Shown here in pieces: positions 23,162-30,375 of a stretch of 32,000 nucleotides of DNA. The notes beneath the pieces were generated by a model, which saw only the letters and a list, made by a program, of their open reading frames with translations, was not told where the DNA came from and did not search any database. Every line of letters begins with the position of its first letter. Position 1 is the first letter of the stretch. The stretch covers positions 75,116 through 107,115 of the forward strand of contig CACLUR010000002.1 of assembly GCA_902610175.1 (NCBI GenBank), in the 5' to 3' direction. This DNA is from an uncultured Alphaproteobacteria bacterium. Lineage in GTDB: Bacteria; Pseudomonadota; Alphaproteobacteria; HIMB59. The position numbers and the translations under genes were made by a program.

Positions 23162-23517
23162 TGAAACACCGACAAAAACAAAGAAAGTTAAATAGAACAT
23201 CTTCTCATAGATTAGCTTTATTAAAAAATCTCTCTATCAGTCTCATTAAACACGAGACAATAACAACAACTACTGAAAAAGCAAAAGAGCTAAGACCTTT
23301 TATTGAGAAATTGGTAACTAAAGCTAAGAATGATAATTTAAGTAATAGAAAATACATTTTGGCCAAGCTTTTTAACAATAAAGAAGCTTGTCAAAAACTT
23401 TTTTCTGAAATTTCTAAAGATCAAAAAAGTAGAAATGGTGGTTATACTCGTATAATAAAAAAAGGCAATAGGTTTGGCGATTTTGCTCATACAAGTATCA
23501 TTCAGTTCGTAAAATAA
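23161..23517 (+). CDS. rplQ: 50S ribosomal protein L17
   Basis: MKHR...RKLNRTSSHR.ALL.NL...LI.HE.I.TT..KAKELR...EKL.T.AK matches L17; 118 aa. Confidence 0.96.
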   Translation: MKHRQKQRKLNRTSSHRLALLKNLSISLIKHETITTTTEKAKELRPFIEKLVTKAKNDNLSNRKYILAKLFNNKEACQKLFSEISKDQKSRNGGYTRIIKKGNRFGDFAHTSIIQFVK

Positions 23518-23523
23518 TATTCA

Positions 23524-23880
23524 ATGTCATCTTATATAGCGCTCGTAATAGGTGCTATATTAGGTTCTAGCTTTCGTTACTTCTTTACTCTCTTGAATTT
23601 CACTATTTTAGGACTACCCTCAGCGACTATATTAGTTAATATTATTGGATCCTCTATGGCAGGTTATTTTTTAAATAAATTTAATGGTGCACTATATATT
23701 TTTATTTATATTGGTTTTTTTGGAAGTTTTACTACTCTTTCTTCCTTCAACATGGAATTATTTTCATTAGTTTCGGATAAATCTTTTATCAAAGCATTAA
23801 TATATTTTTCTCTTAACATTTTTATATCTTTTATTTTCTTTTATTTATTTCACGTGATTAGTCTTAAATTTGCAAATTAA
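23524..23880 (+). CDS. crcB: fluoride ion channel CrcB/FluC
   Basis: 118 aa with 4 hydrophobic segments. It has the family motifs G..LGSSFRY and GFFGSFTT.SSF. Confidence 0.85.
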   Translation: MSSYIALVIGAILGSSFRYFFTLLNFTILGLPSATILVNIIGSSMAGYFLNKFNGALYIFIYIGFFGSFTTLSSFNMELFSLVSDKSFIKALIYFSLNIFISFIFFYLFHVISLKFAN

Positions 23881-24682
23881 AATAGATCAAAGTTATAAAA
23901 GATTAGATAAGTTTTTATTTCAACATTTTGAGTCTATACCTTTATCTTTATTACAAAGATTAATAAGAAAATACAAAATAAAAATTAATAATAAAAAATC
24001 GAAAGCTAATTCGCCATTAATAAAAGGTGATGTTGTATATATATATCATAAATTTGTGTTCAATAATGAATTATCAAATACTATTAAACTTACTAAAGAT
24101 AAAAAAAAAATTTTTAAAGATAATATCATATTTCAAAATGATAATTTTATAGTTATATACAAAATTGATGGATATTCTGTTCAAAGAGGATCTAAAATAT
24201 TTTTTTCATTAAAAGACATATATGAAAATATCATCGAACATAAACTATATATAGTTCATAGATTAGATAAAGACACTTCAGGACTTATGCTTTTTGCAAA
24301 AAATAGAATTACTGCTAGCAAAATTTCATCGTTATTTTTAAATCATCAAATTAAAAAATATTATATTTCAGTTACTAATTCTAAATTTAATAAAGATACA
24401 GATACGTTGATCAACTATAATTCTGATAAGAAGAAATTAAAACTTGCTTACAGAAAGATTCATTTAGACAATTATAAAAATTGTTATTTGATTAAATTAT
24501 TTACTGGAAAAAAACATCAAATTAGACTTCAATTTTACCTTAATAAAAATCCTATTATAGGTGATAAAAAATTTTCTGGTAACAAATTTAATAAACTACT
24601 TCTTTGTTCTTATAAAATTATTTTTAATCTAGATGGAAAATTTTATAAATTTAAAATTAATCCTAATAAAATACTCTCATAA
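23870..24682 (+). CDS. RluA-family (RluC/RluD-like) rRNA pseudouridine synthase with N-terminal S4-like domain; TTG start assumed
   Basis: It has the catalytic motif HRLDKDTSGLMLFAKN, the GKKHQIR motif, and N-terminal RLDKFL... The start codon is uncertain. TTG 23870 overlaps the crcB end by 11 nt. Confidence 0.85.
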   Translation: MQIKIDQSYKRLDKFLFQHFESIPLSLLQRLIRKYKIKINNKKSKANSPLIKGDVVYIYHKFVFNNELSNTIKLTKDKKKIFKDNIIFQNDNFIVIYKIDGYSVQRGSKIFFSLKDIYENIIEHKLYIVHRLDKDTSGLMLFAKNRITASKISSLFLNHQIKKYYISVTNSKFNKDTDTLINYNSDKKKLKLAYRKIHLDNYKNCYLIKLFTGKKHQIRLQFYLNKNPIIGDKKFSGNKFNKLLLCSYKIIFNLDGKFYKFKINPNKILS

Positions 24683-25292
24683 ATTCATTTTTAAGATCTT
24701 GATATATTTTTACCTTATTATAATTTATTTTTAGTTCTTCTAAGCTACTTATATCTTTGGCATTAAGACCGCAAGGGTTTATTTTTTGAAAATTATCTAG
24801 ATTAGGATTAAAATTAATTGATAACCCATGATGAATGATGCCCTTTGAGTACCTTAGACCAATAAATATTATTTTTTTTAATTCTTCACTATTGCCTTTA
24901 ACCCACAAACCTCTATTTTTCTCTTTTTTTTTATAGAGAATTATATTGCTTCTTTTAAATGCTTTTATACATATGTCTTCTAATAAATTTATGTAATCAA
25001 TAATATTCTTTCTCCTTTTTTTTAAATCAATTAAGGGATAAATTACTAATTGTCCAGGGCCATGAAATGTTATTTTTCCACCCCTATTAACTTTAATTAC
25101 TGGGATATTATTTATTTCATCTATTTTAAATTCTTTAGGAGTAGAGCTTCCTGCAGTAAAGACATTTTGATGTTCTAAGAACCATATTTCTTCCTTTTTT
25201 GTATTTTCAAACATTTTTTGAATATGTTTATTCATTAATTCTGTTACCTCTTGATATTTTTTTTGCCCTTTTAGTTGTTTTATTTCAATCAT
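24663..25292 (-). CDS. lipB: octanoyl-[ACP]:protein N-octanoyltransferase (lipoate-protein ligase B)
   Basis: It has RGGKITFHGPGQLV.YP..DL, K....G.R......HG.S.N...L..F..I.PCG; 209 aa. Confidence 0.9.
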   Translation of the reverse strand: MIEIKQLKGQKKYQEVTELMNKHIQKMFENTKKEEIWFLEHQNVFTAGSSTPKEFKIDEINNIPVIKVNRGGKITFHGPGQLVIYPLIDLKKRRKNIIDYINLLEDICIKAFKRSNIILYKKKEKNRGLWVKGNSEELKKIIFIGLRYSKGIIHHGLSINFNPNLDNFQKINPCGLNAKDISSLEELKINYNKVKIYQDLKNEFMRVFY

Positions 25293-25316
25293 TCTTTATT
25301 AATTAATCTATTAATT

Positions 25317-25404
25317 GCGGACGTGGCGGAATTGGTAGACGCGCAGCGTTGAGGTCGCTGTGGGATTAAATCCTGTGGAAGTTCAAGTCTTCTCGTCCGC
25401 ACCA
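25317..25404 (+). tRNA. tRNA-Leu, anticodon GAG, genomically encoded CCA
   Basis: Hand-folded cloverleaf. Acceptor stem GCGGACG/CGTCCGC. D arm GCG-GAATTGGTAGA-CGC. Anticodon stem CAGCG/CGCTG with loop TTGAGGT. Long variable arm (GGAT-TAA-ATCC core), which is class II. T arm GGAAG-TTCAAGT-CTTCT. Discriminator A followed by CCA. Confidence 0.93.
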
Positions 25405-25418
25405 TATATATAATATAA

Positions 25419-26717
25419 ATGCAAAAATTTAATAAAAAAGAGTATATTAAGTCTATAAAGTCTCTTCATTCTGCTGATCAGGCAGATAGTATTGAAAGTC
25501 TTCCATTTGAATTACAGTCATCAATATTAAAAACTCATACTAAAAACTTTCACCCTGACTTTATTGCCTATTTACGTGAAGAAACACGTGACGATATTTT
25601 GCATATGATACCTAATAAACAACTTGTTAATTTAATTAAATATTTGGATTTAGATGATGCGGTTGAAATTCTTGGTGATTTTGAAACTAAAGAATTAGTT
25701 CAGATACTTTCTAAGCTTGGATCTCAGCAAAGAGAAAGAATTGAAGAAAGTTTACAGTATGATGAAAATTCTGCTGGCAGACTTATGAACAGAGACTATC
25801 TTTCAATCAAGGCTAACTTAACTGTAGGTGAACTGATCGATCAATTAAGAAATACCCGAAGAGGTCCTAAGGATTTTTATAATATTTTTATCGTAGATGA
25901 ACAAAATACTCCTATTGGATATGTCCCTTCAGGTAAAGTTTTAAGATCAAAAAGATCAAAAAAATTAAAAGAAATTATTTATAGAGATATACATATAATT
26001 AAATCTGATGAGAAAATTGAAGATATTGCATACACTTTTAGACAGTATGGCTTAGTTTCAGCACCTGTTGTAAATTTGGATAATAAAATGATAGGCATCA
26101 TGACTGTTGATGATGTTGTCGAAATTGATCATGAGGAATCAGAAGATGATATGAGAAAATTGGGAGGTTTATTTGTAAATGACTTTTATAAAGGTGCTTT
26201 TACATCTGCAACTTCAAGATTTATATGGTTAGGATTAAACTTATTGACAGCCATATTAGCATCTCTTGTTATAGATATATATTCAGACCAATTACAGCAA
26301 ATGATAGCAATTGCAGTCCTTATGCCTATAGTAGCCTCAATGGGTGGCAATGCAGGCACACAGGCTATGACCATCTACGTAAGAGCTATTGCCACAAAAG
26401 ATATTAATAATTCAAATTATATTAAATTGGTTGTTAAAGAATTTTTAATAGGAAGTATCAATGGTTTTGCACTTTCTTTAATAATGGGATTAATAGCTTA
26501 TTATTGGTTTGATAGTCTTGTATTAGCAATTGCGATATCTTTTGCTATTTTAATAAACTTAGGTTTTGCTTGTTTAGTAGGCATAATTATACCAATTACA
26601 ATTAATAAAATGAAAATAGATCCAGCCTTAGCATCTGGTATCGTTCTAACTACTTTTACAGATGTATTTGGATTTCTATCATTTTTATCAATTGCAACTT
26701 ACATATTAAATTTATAG
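25419..26717 (+). CDS. mgtE: magnesium transporter MgtE
   Basis: 432 aa. It has an N-terminal MgtE_N-like helical region, a tandem CBS region (...GRLMN.DY......TVGE... / ...APVV....+.IGI.TVDDV...), and a C-terminal TM domain with the P.V.SMGGNAGTQ motif. Confidence 0.93.
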   Translation: MQKFNKKEYIKSIKSLHSADQADSIESLPFELQSSILKTHTKNFHPDFIAYLREETRDDILHMIPNKQLVNLIKYLDLDDAVEILGDFETKELVQILSKLGSQQRERIEESLQYDENSAGRLMNRDYLSIKANLTVGELIDQLRNTRRGPKDFYNIFIVDEQNTPIGYVPSGKVLRSKRSKKLKEIIYRDIHIIKSDEKIEDIAYTFRQYGLVSAPVVNLDNKMIGIMTVDDVVEIDHEESEDDMRKLGGLFVNDFYKGAFTSATSRFIWLGLNLLTAILASLVIDIYSDQLQQMIAIAVLMPIVASMGGNAGTQAMTIYVRAIATKDINNSNYIKLVVKEFLIGSINGFALSLIMGLIAYYWFDSLVLAIAISFAILINLGFACLVGIIIPITINKMKIDPALASGIVLTTFTDVFGFLSFLSIATYILNL

Positions 26718-26726
26718 TTTATTTTG

Positions 26727-28007
26727 ATGATCAATGCTGAAATACTTAGAGAATACGATATTAGGGGCATTTACCAAAAATCATTAAAATTAGAGGATGT
26801 ACAAAATATTGCAAAAAAAATTTCAAATATAGTTTCTAATGATAACACTCCTAAAATTATTATAGGTCATGATGGAAGATTATCTTCTTTAGAAATTAAA
26901 AATAAACTCATTGATACTTTCAGAAGACATGGTGTTGATGTGGTAGATATTTCATTAATACCAACACCAGTGAGTTATTATGCAACAAAAAAACTAAATA
27001 TACCTAATTTAATTATGATTACAGGTTCTCATAATCCAAAAGAGTATAACGGATTAAAAATAATTATTAATAATAAACCATTTTTTGGAGAAAAGATAAA
27101 ATCTTTAAACGATTTAGATGATGCTAATTTATCCTCAACATTGGGTCAATTGACATTTAAAGACGTAATCACTCCTTATACAGAGGAAATTATTTCACAA
27201 TTTAAAAATTTAGATAAGCTTAAAATAGTTTGGGATCCAGGAAATGGGGCTATTGGACCAATAATTCATAAAATTATCAATTCTATAAAAGGAACTAATA
27301 TCATTTTGAATAGAAGTATAGATGGTAATTTTCCTAATCATCATCCTGATCCAACAATTAAGAAAAATATCTCTCAAATATCAAACTATATTAGAGAAAA
27401 ACAATTTGACCTAGGTATTGCTTTCGATGGTGATGGTGATCGAATTGGAATATTGGACAATAAAGGTGAATTAATTTACTCAGATATAATTTTTTTACTT
27501 TTATCTCTCGATCTTTTGATGGAAAAAAAAGACTTAGTCGCTATTGCTGATGTAAAATGTAGTAAAATACTTTTTGATACACTTAAAAATAATGGTGTCG
27601 ATATTCATATGTCAAAAACTGGACATTCTTTAATCAAAGAGATGATATCTTCAAAAAATGCAGATATAGCAGGAGAAATGAGTGGGCATATTTTTTATAA
27701 TTATAATTATTATGGATATGATGACGCCATATATGCTTCTTTGAAATTAATTAGGATACTCAATAATACAAAAAAAACATTAAATGAATTAACAAGTGTT
27801 TATATGAAGTCATCATCAACACCTGAGATTAAATTATACTGTGATGAAAAAATTAAATTTAGTCTCCTAGACAAAATAGTACAAGATATTCCTAAACACT
27901 ACGATAATGGAGCCAATTTAATTACAATTGATGGTGTAAGACTGGAAACAGAAAATTTTTTGGTTTCTTCTAAGAGCTTCAAATACTCAAAATTGTATAG
28001 TATTTAG
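26727..28007 (+). CDS. phosphomannomutase/phosphoglucomutase (alpha-D-phosphohexomutase), reading frame interrupted near the 3' end
   Basis: It has YDIRG near the N-terminus, the catalytic-serine loop TGSHNPKEYNGLK, the Mg-binding FDGDGDR, and the sugar-binding GEMSGH. The ATG at 26727 is preferred over the TTG at 26724. The as-called C-terminus (...ENFLVSSKSFKYSKLYSI*) lacks the family's domain-4 loop, which is found in the next frame (see next feature). Confidence 0.9.
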   Translation: MINAEILREYDIRGIYQKSLKLEDVQNIAKKISNIVSNDNTPKIIIGHDGRLSSLEIKNKLIDTFRRHGVDVVDISLIPTPVSYYATKKLNIPNLIMITGSHNPKEYNGLKIIINNKPFFGEKIKSLNDLDDANLSSTLGQLTFKDVITPYTEEIISQFKNLDKLKIVWDPGNGAIGPIIHKIINSIKGTNIILNRSIDGNFPNHHPDPTIKKNISQISNYIREKQFDLGIAFDGDGDRIGILDNKGELIYSDIIFLLLSLDLLMEKKDLVAIADVKCSKILFDTLKNNGVDIHMSKTGHSLIKEMISSKNADIAGEMSGHIFYNYNYYGYDDAIYASLKLIRILNNTKKTLNELTSVYMKSSSTPEIKLYCDEKIKFSLLDKIVQDIPKHYDNGANLITIDGVRLETENFLVSSKSFKYSKLYSI

Positions 28008-28122
28008 ACTCGAGCATTTTGTTAAAGATAAATTTAAAGAAGAATTAATTAAACTAATATCAATACTTGAGACATATTCATTGGATATAAAAGAATTAAC
28101 TAGTTTTAATCAAACAGTCTAG
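27952..28122 (+). pseudogene. frame-shifted C-terminal (domain 4) segment of the PMM/PGM gene
   Basis: The frame one nt downstream translates as KIFWFLLRASNTQNCIVFRLEHFVKDKFKEELIKLISILETYSLDIKELTSFNQTV*. This contains the conserved W.L.RASNT.....R.E phosphate-binding loop. The segment has no Met and opens only at 27940. Removing one T from the T6 run at 27956-27961 joins it in frame, giving a product of about 464 aa. Confidence 0.8.
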
Positions 28123-29160
28123 TTTATTTAATTTAATTTCATTACATAAGTTTTTTGCTGTTCGATGATCATCAACATTAATATAACTTATAAAATATCT
28201 ACCATTTTTTTTTATTTGATGCTCAAAACTTCTAAGTATTTTTATTTTATTTTTAAGTAAAATGATGTGCATCTTTGATTTACTAATCTTTTTGAAAGAG
28301 GAAGTCTGAACTGTATAATTAGTGGTACTTTTTTTCTCATTCTTTACAGTTAATTTTTTAGTTTCTTCAATTTTGGATGCTTCTTTATTTTTATATTTAT
28401 TCATAAGAAAATTAATTTTATTGTTCCTTTCTTTCGCGGAATTTCCTCCAAAATATATACCTAATAAATAATTATCTGCATTTATCGATAGCAGTGATAT
28501 CTGAAACCCAGATTTTCTTGTATAACCAGTTTTTAAACCAATGTAATGATCATACTTTTTTAATAATGTATTATGAGTTGTATAATTTTTACCTTTAATT
28601 TTAACATTTGTTTTTTTAAATCGATGTAAGTGCTCTGGAAAATCTATAATTATTCTAGAGCTCAATTTAAATATGTCATAAGCTGTCGATAAATTAGCTC
28701 TATTTGGAAGACCATGAGGATTTGCAAAATTAGTATTTTCTAAATGTAATTCCTTTGCATAATTATTCATTTTAATTACAAATTTTTTTTCAGTGCCAGA
28801 TATTTTTTCAGCTATTGCTACAGCTGCATCATTCGCTGATTTGATTATTAATGAGTCAATTAATTCATCTACAGTAATGAAATCCTTCTCTTTAATACCT
28901 AACTTAGAAGGTTGTTGATATGTAGCATATTTAGAAAAGTAAATTCGATCATTTATATTAATGTTTTTTAACCTTAGTTCATCAAATAGAATATAAAGTG
29001 TCATAATTTTAGTAAGTGATGCTGGATAATTTTTTGTATCTTTATTTACCTCAAAATATATTTCATGTGATATTGGATTACCTATAACACTTGCAATTTT
29101 TGCAAATAATGGATGTGATAAGTTGACCGTTAAAATAAGTGTGATAAGTATTATTCTCAT
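28096..29160 (-). CDS. D-alanyl-D-alanine carboxypeptidase (peptidase S11 / PBP5-6 class) with C-terminal SPOR-like domain
   Basis: It has an N-terminal signal peptide and the SxxK (ASLTK), SxN (SAND) and KTG (LKTGYT) active-site triad. A K/E-rich linker follows, then a tail of about 75 aa (YTVQTSSF...RYFISYINV..H..AKNLC..IK) that resembles SPOR. Confidence 0.85.
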   Translation of the reverse strand: MRIILITLILTVNLSHPLFAKIASVIGNPISHEIYFEVNKDTKNYPASLTKIMTLYILFDELRLKNININDRIYFSKYATYQQPSKLGIKEKDFITVDELIDSLIIKSANDAAVAIAEKISGTEKKFVIKMNNYAKELHLENTNFANPHGLPNRANLSTAYDIFKLSSRIIIDFPEHLHRFKKTNVKIKGKNYTTHNTLLKKYDHYIGLKTGYTRKSGFQISLLSINADNYLLGIYFGGNSAKERNNKINFLMNKYKNKEASKIEETKKLTVKNEKKSTTNYTVQTSSFKKISKSKMHIILLKNKIKILRSFEHQIKKNGRYFISYINVDDHRTAKNLCNEIKLNKLDCLIKTS

Positions 29161-29173
29161 TATAATATTAATT

Positions 29174-29182
29174 TGTTATAAT
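29174..29182 (+). promoter_or_regulatory. extended -10 element TGTTATAAT (TGnTATAAT), ending 5 nt before the ATG at 29188
   Basis: This is an exact match to the extended -10 consensus, read directly. It lies in the 27-nt divergent gap between the DD-carboxypeptidase and the NDUFA12-like gene. No Shine-Dalgarno sequence is present. Confidence 0.35.
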
Positions 29183-29187
29183 TAAAT

Positions 29188-29496
29188 ATGTCACTAGGTT
29201 TCAAATTATATTCTTTTTTTAATGGTAATCTTGTTCATCGGGATTCGCTAGGTAATAAATATTATCATGACAAAAATAATTCCTCTAAAAGATGGGTAGT
29301 TTATGCACCTGGTTTTGGACCTGACTCATTACCAACACAATTTCATAATTGGTTACATAATACTTCTGATGAAATTTTTAGCTTTGAAGCTGAGGAAAGT
29401 AATCAAGAGAGTTTAGTCAAAAGAAGAGTTCAAAAGCATTCAGTAAATCATAAAGAGAAAAATAATAAGGGTTATAACAATTGGCAGCCAAAATAA
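29188..29496 (+). CDS. NDUFA12-like protein (homologue of the complex I B17.2 subunit family)
   Basis: 102 aa. It has the family pattern GN.YY......+RWV.Y.....S.+P...H.WLH...D and the C-terminal Y..WQPK. Confidence 0.8.
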   Translation: MSLGFKLYSFFNGNLVHRDSLGNKYYHDKNNSSKRWVVYAPGFGPDSLPTQFHNWLHNTSDEIFSFEAEESNQESLVKRRVQKHSVNHKEKNNKGYNNWQPK

Positions 29497-29942
29497 TTAC
29501 CGAAATTGACTCCTACAACTCAAGACTCCATTTTAAAGTTGGTCTTTTTTTCATTACTATTTTAGTAATAATTTTTTTAATATTAAAAAATATTAACAAT
29601 AACGAAACTATCCCTTTTGTAGCTACTTTTAATTATGTTGAAGGCATTAATAATGATACTGAAGTTAAAATAGCTGGTATTAAAATAGGAGATGTAAGTG
29701 AAATAGTTATTGCTTCTGATCAAGTTACTGTCAATGGTTATATAGATAAAAATTATGATATTCCTGAGGACTCAATAATAAAAATTATAAGTAATGGTAT
29801 TTTTGGAAAAAAAGTTTTATCTATTGAGCCTGGATTTGGTGATTATTTAGATAAATCTAATCAAAAATACATATTTGAGCAAACTCAAGACTCTTATTCT
29901 ATTGATATGTTCCTTAGATATTTAGATGAGCTAAATGAATAA
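29481..29942 (+). CDS. MlaD/MCE-domain protein, copy 1 (single N-terminal TM helix); TTG start assumed
   Basis: A TM segment VGLFFITILVIIFLIL is followed by the MCE core V+IAGIKIGDVSEI......V.V.G.ID....IP.DS...I.SNG.FG...L.I.PG. The start is uncertain and overlaps the upstream gene by 16 nt. Confidence 0.75.
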   Translation: MAAKIITEIDSYNSRLHFKVGLFFITILVIIFLILKNINNNETIPFVATFNYVEGINNDTEVKIAGIKIGDVSEIVIASDQVTVNGYIDKNYDIPEDSIIKIISNGIFGKKVLSIEPGFGDYLDKSNQKYIFEQTQDSYSIDMFLRYLDELNE

Positions 29943-30375
29943 AAAAATAAATATAGAATTTATAATTGGATTATTAATATTAATTATTTCAGTAATAAGT
30001 ATTTATTATTTTTCATATAAGATAAATATCTTCAAAAAAGTTGAGACTTTTCAGATCAATTCTAATTTTTTTGATATTGGAAATATGAGTATAGGCAATG
30101 ATGTAAAAATCAATGGAGTTAAAGTAGGGGAGGTTTCAAAGATTGAATTAGATAAAGAGAATTATATGGCGGTAGTTACATCATCTGTTGAAAAAAATAT
30201 CAAAATTCCTAATGACTCTATATTTAAAATATCAAATAATGGATTTGTAGGATCATCTTACATTGAAATTCAATTAGGAAATAGCGAGAAACCTATAAAA
30301 AATAATGATTACTCAGTTAATAATATCGATGCAGTGTCTTTGGAAGAGATTATCAATAATTTTATTTTTAAGTAG
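29935..30375 (+). CDS. MlaD/MCE-domain protein, copy 2 (paralogue of the preceding gene)
   Basis: A TM segment FIIGLLILIISVISIYYF is followed by VKINGVKVGEVSKIELD.....AVV......IKIPNDS.FKISNNGF.GSSYIEI..G. Its ATG overlaps the copy 1 end by 8 nt. Confidence 0.78.
   Translation: MNKKINIEFIIGLLILIISVISIYYFSYKINIFKKVETFQINSNFFDIGNMSIGNDVKINGVKVGEVSKIELDKENYMAVVTSSVEKNIKIPNDSIFKISNNGFVGSSYIEIQLGNSEKPIKNNDYSVNNIDAVSLEEIINNFIFK

Noticed and set aside
26186-26407. Two small ORFs (62 aa on the - strand, 60 aa on the + strand in an alternative frame) inside mgtE.
   Set aside because: They lie in the conserved MgtE transmembrane domain (the MGGNAGTQ region). They are alternative-frame artefacts.
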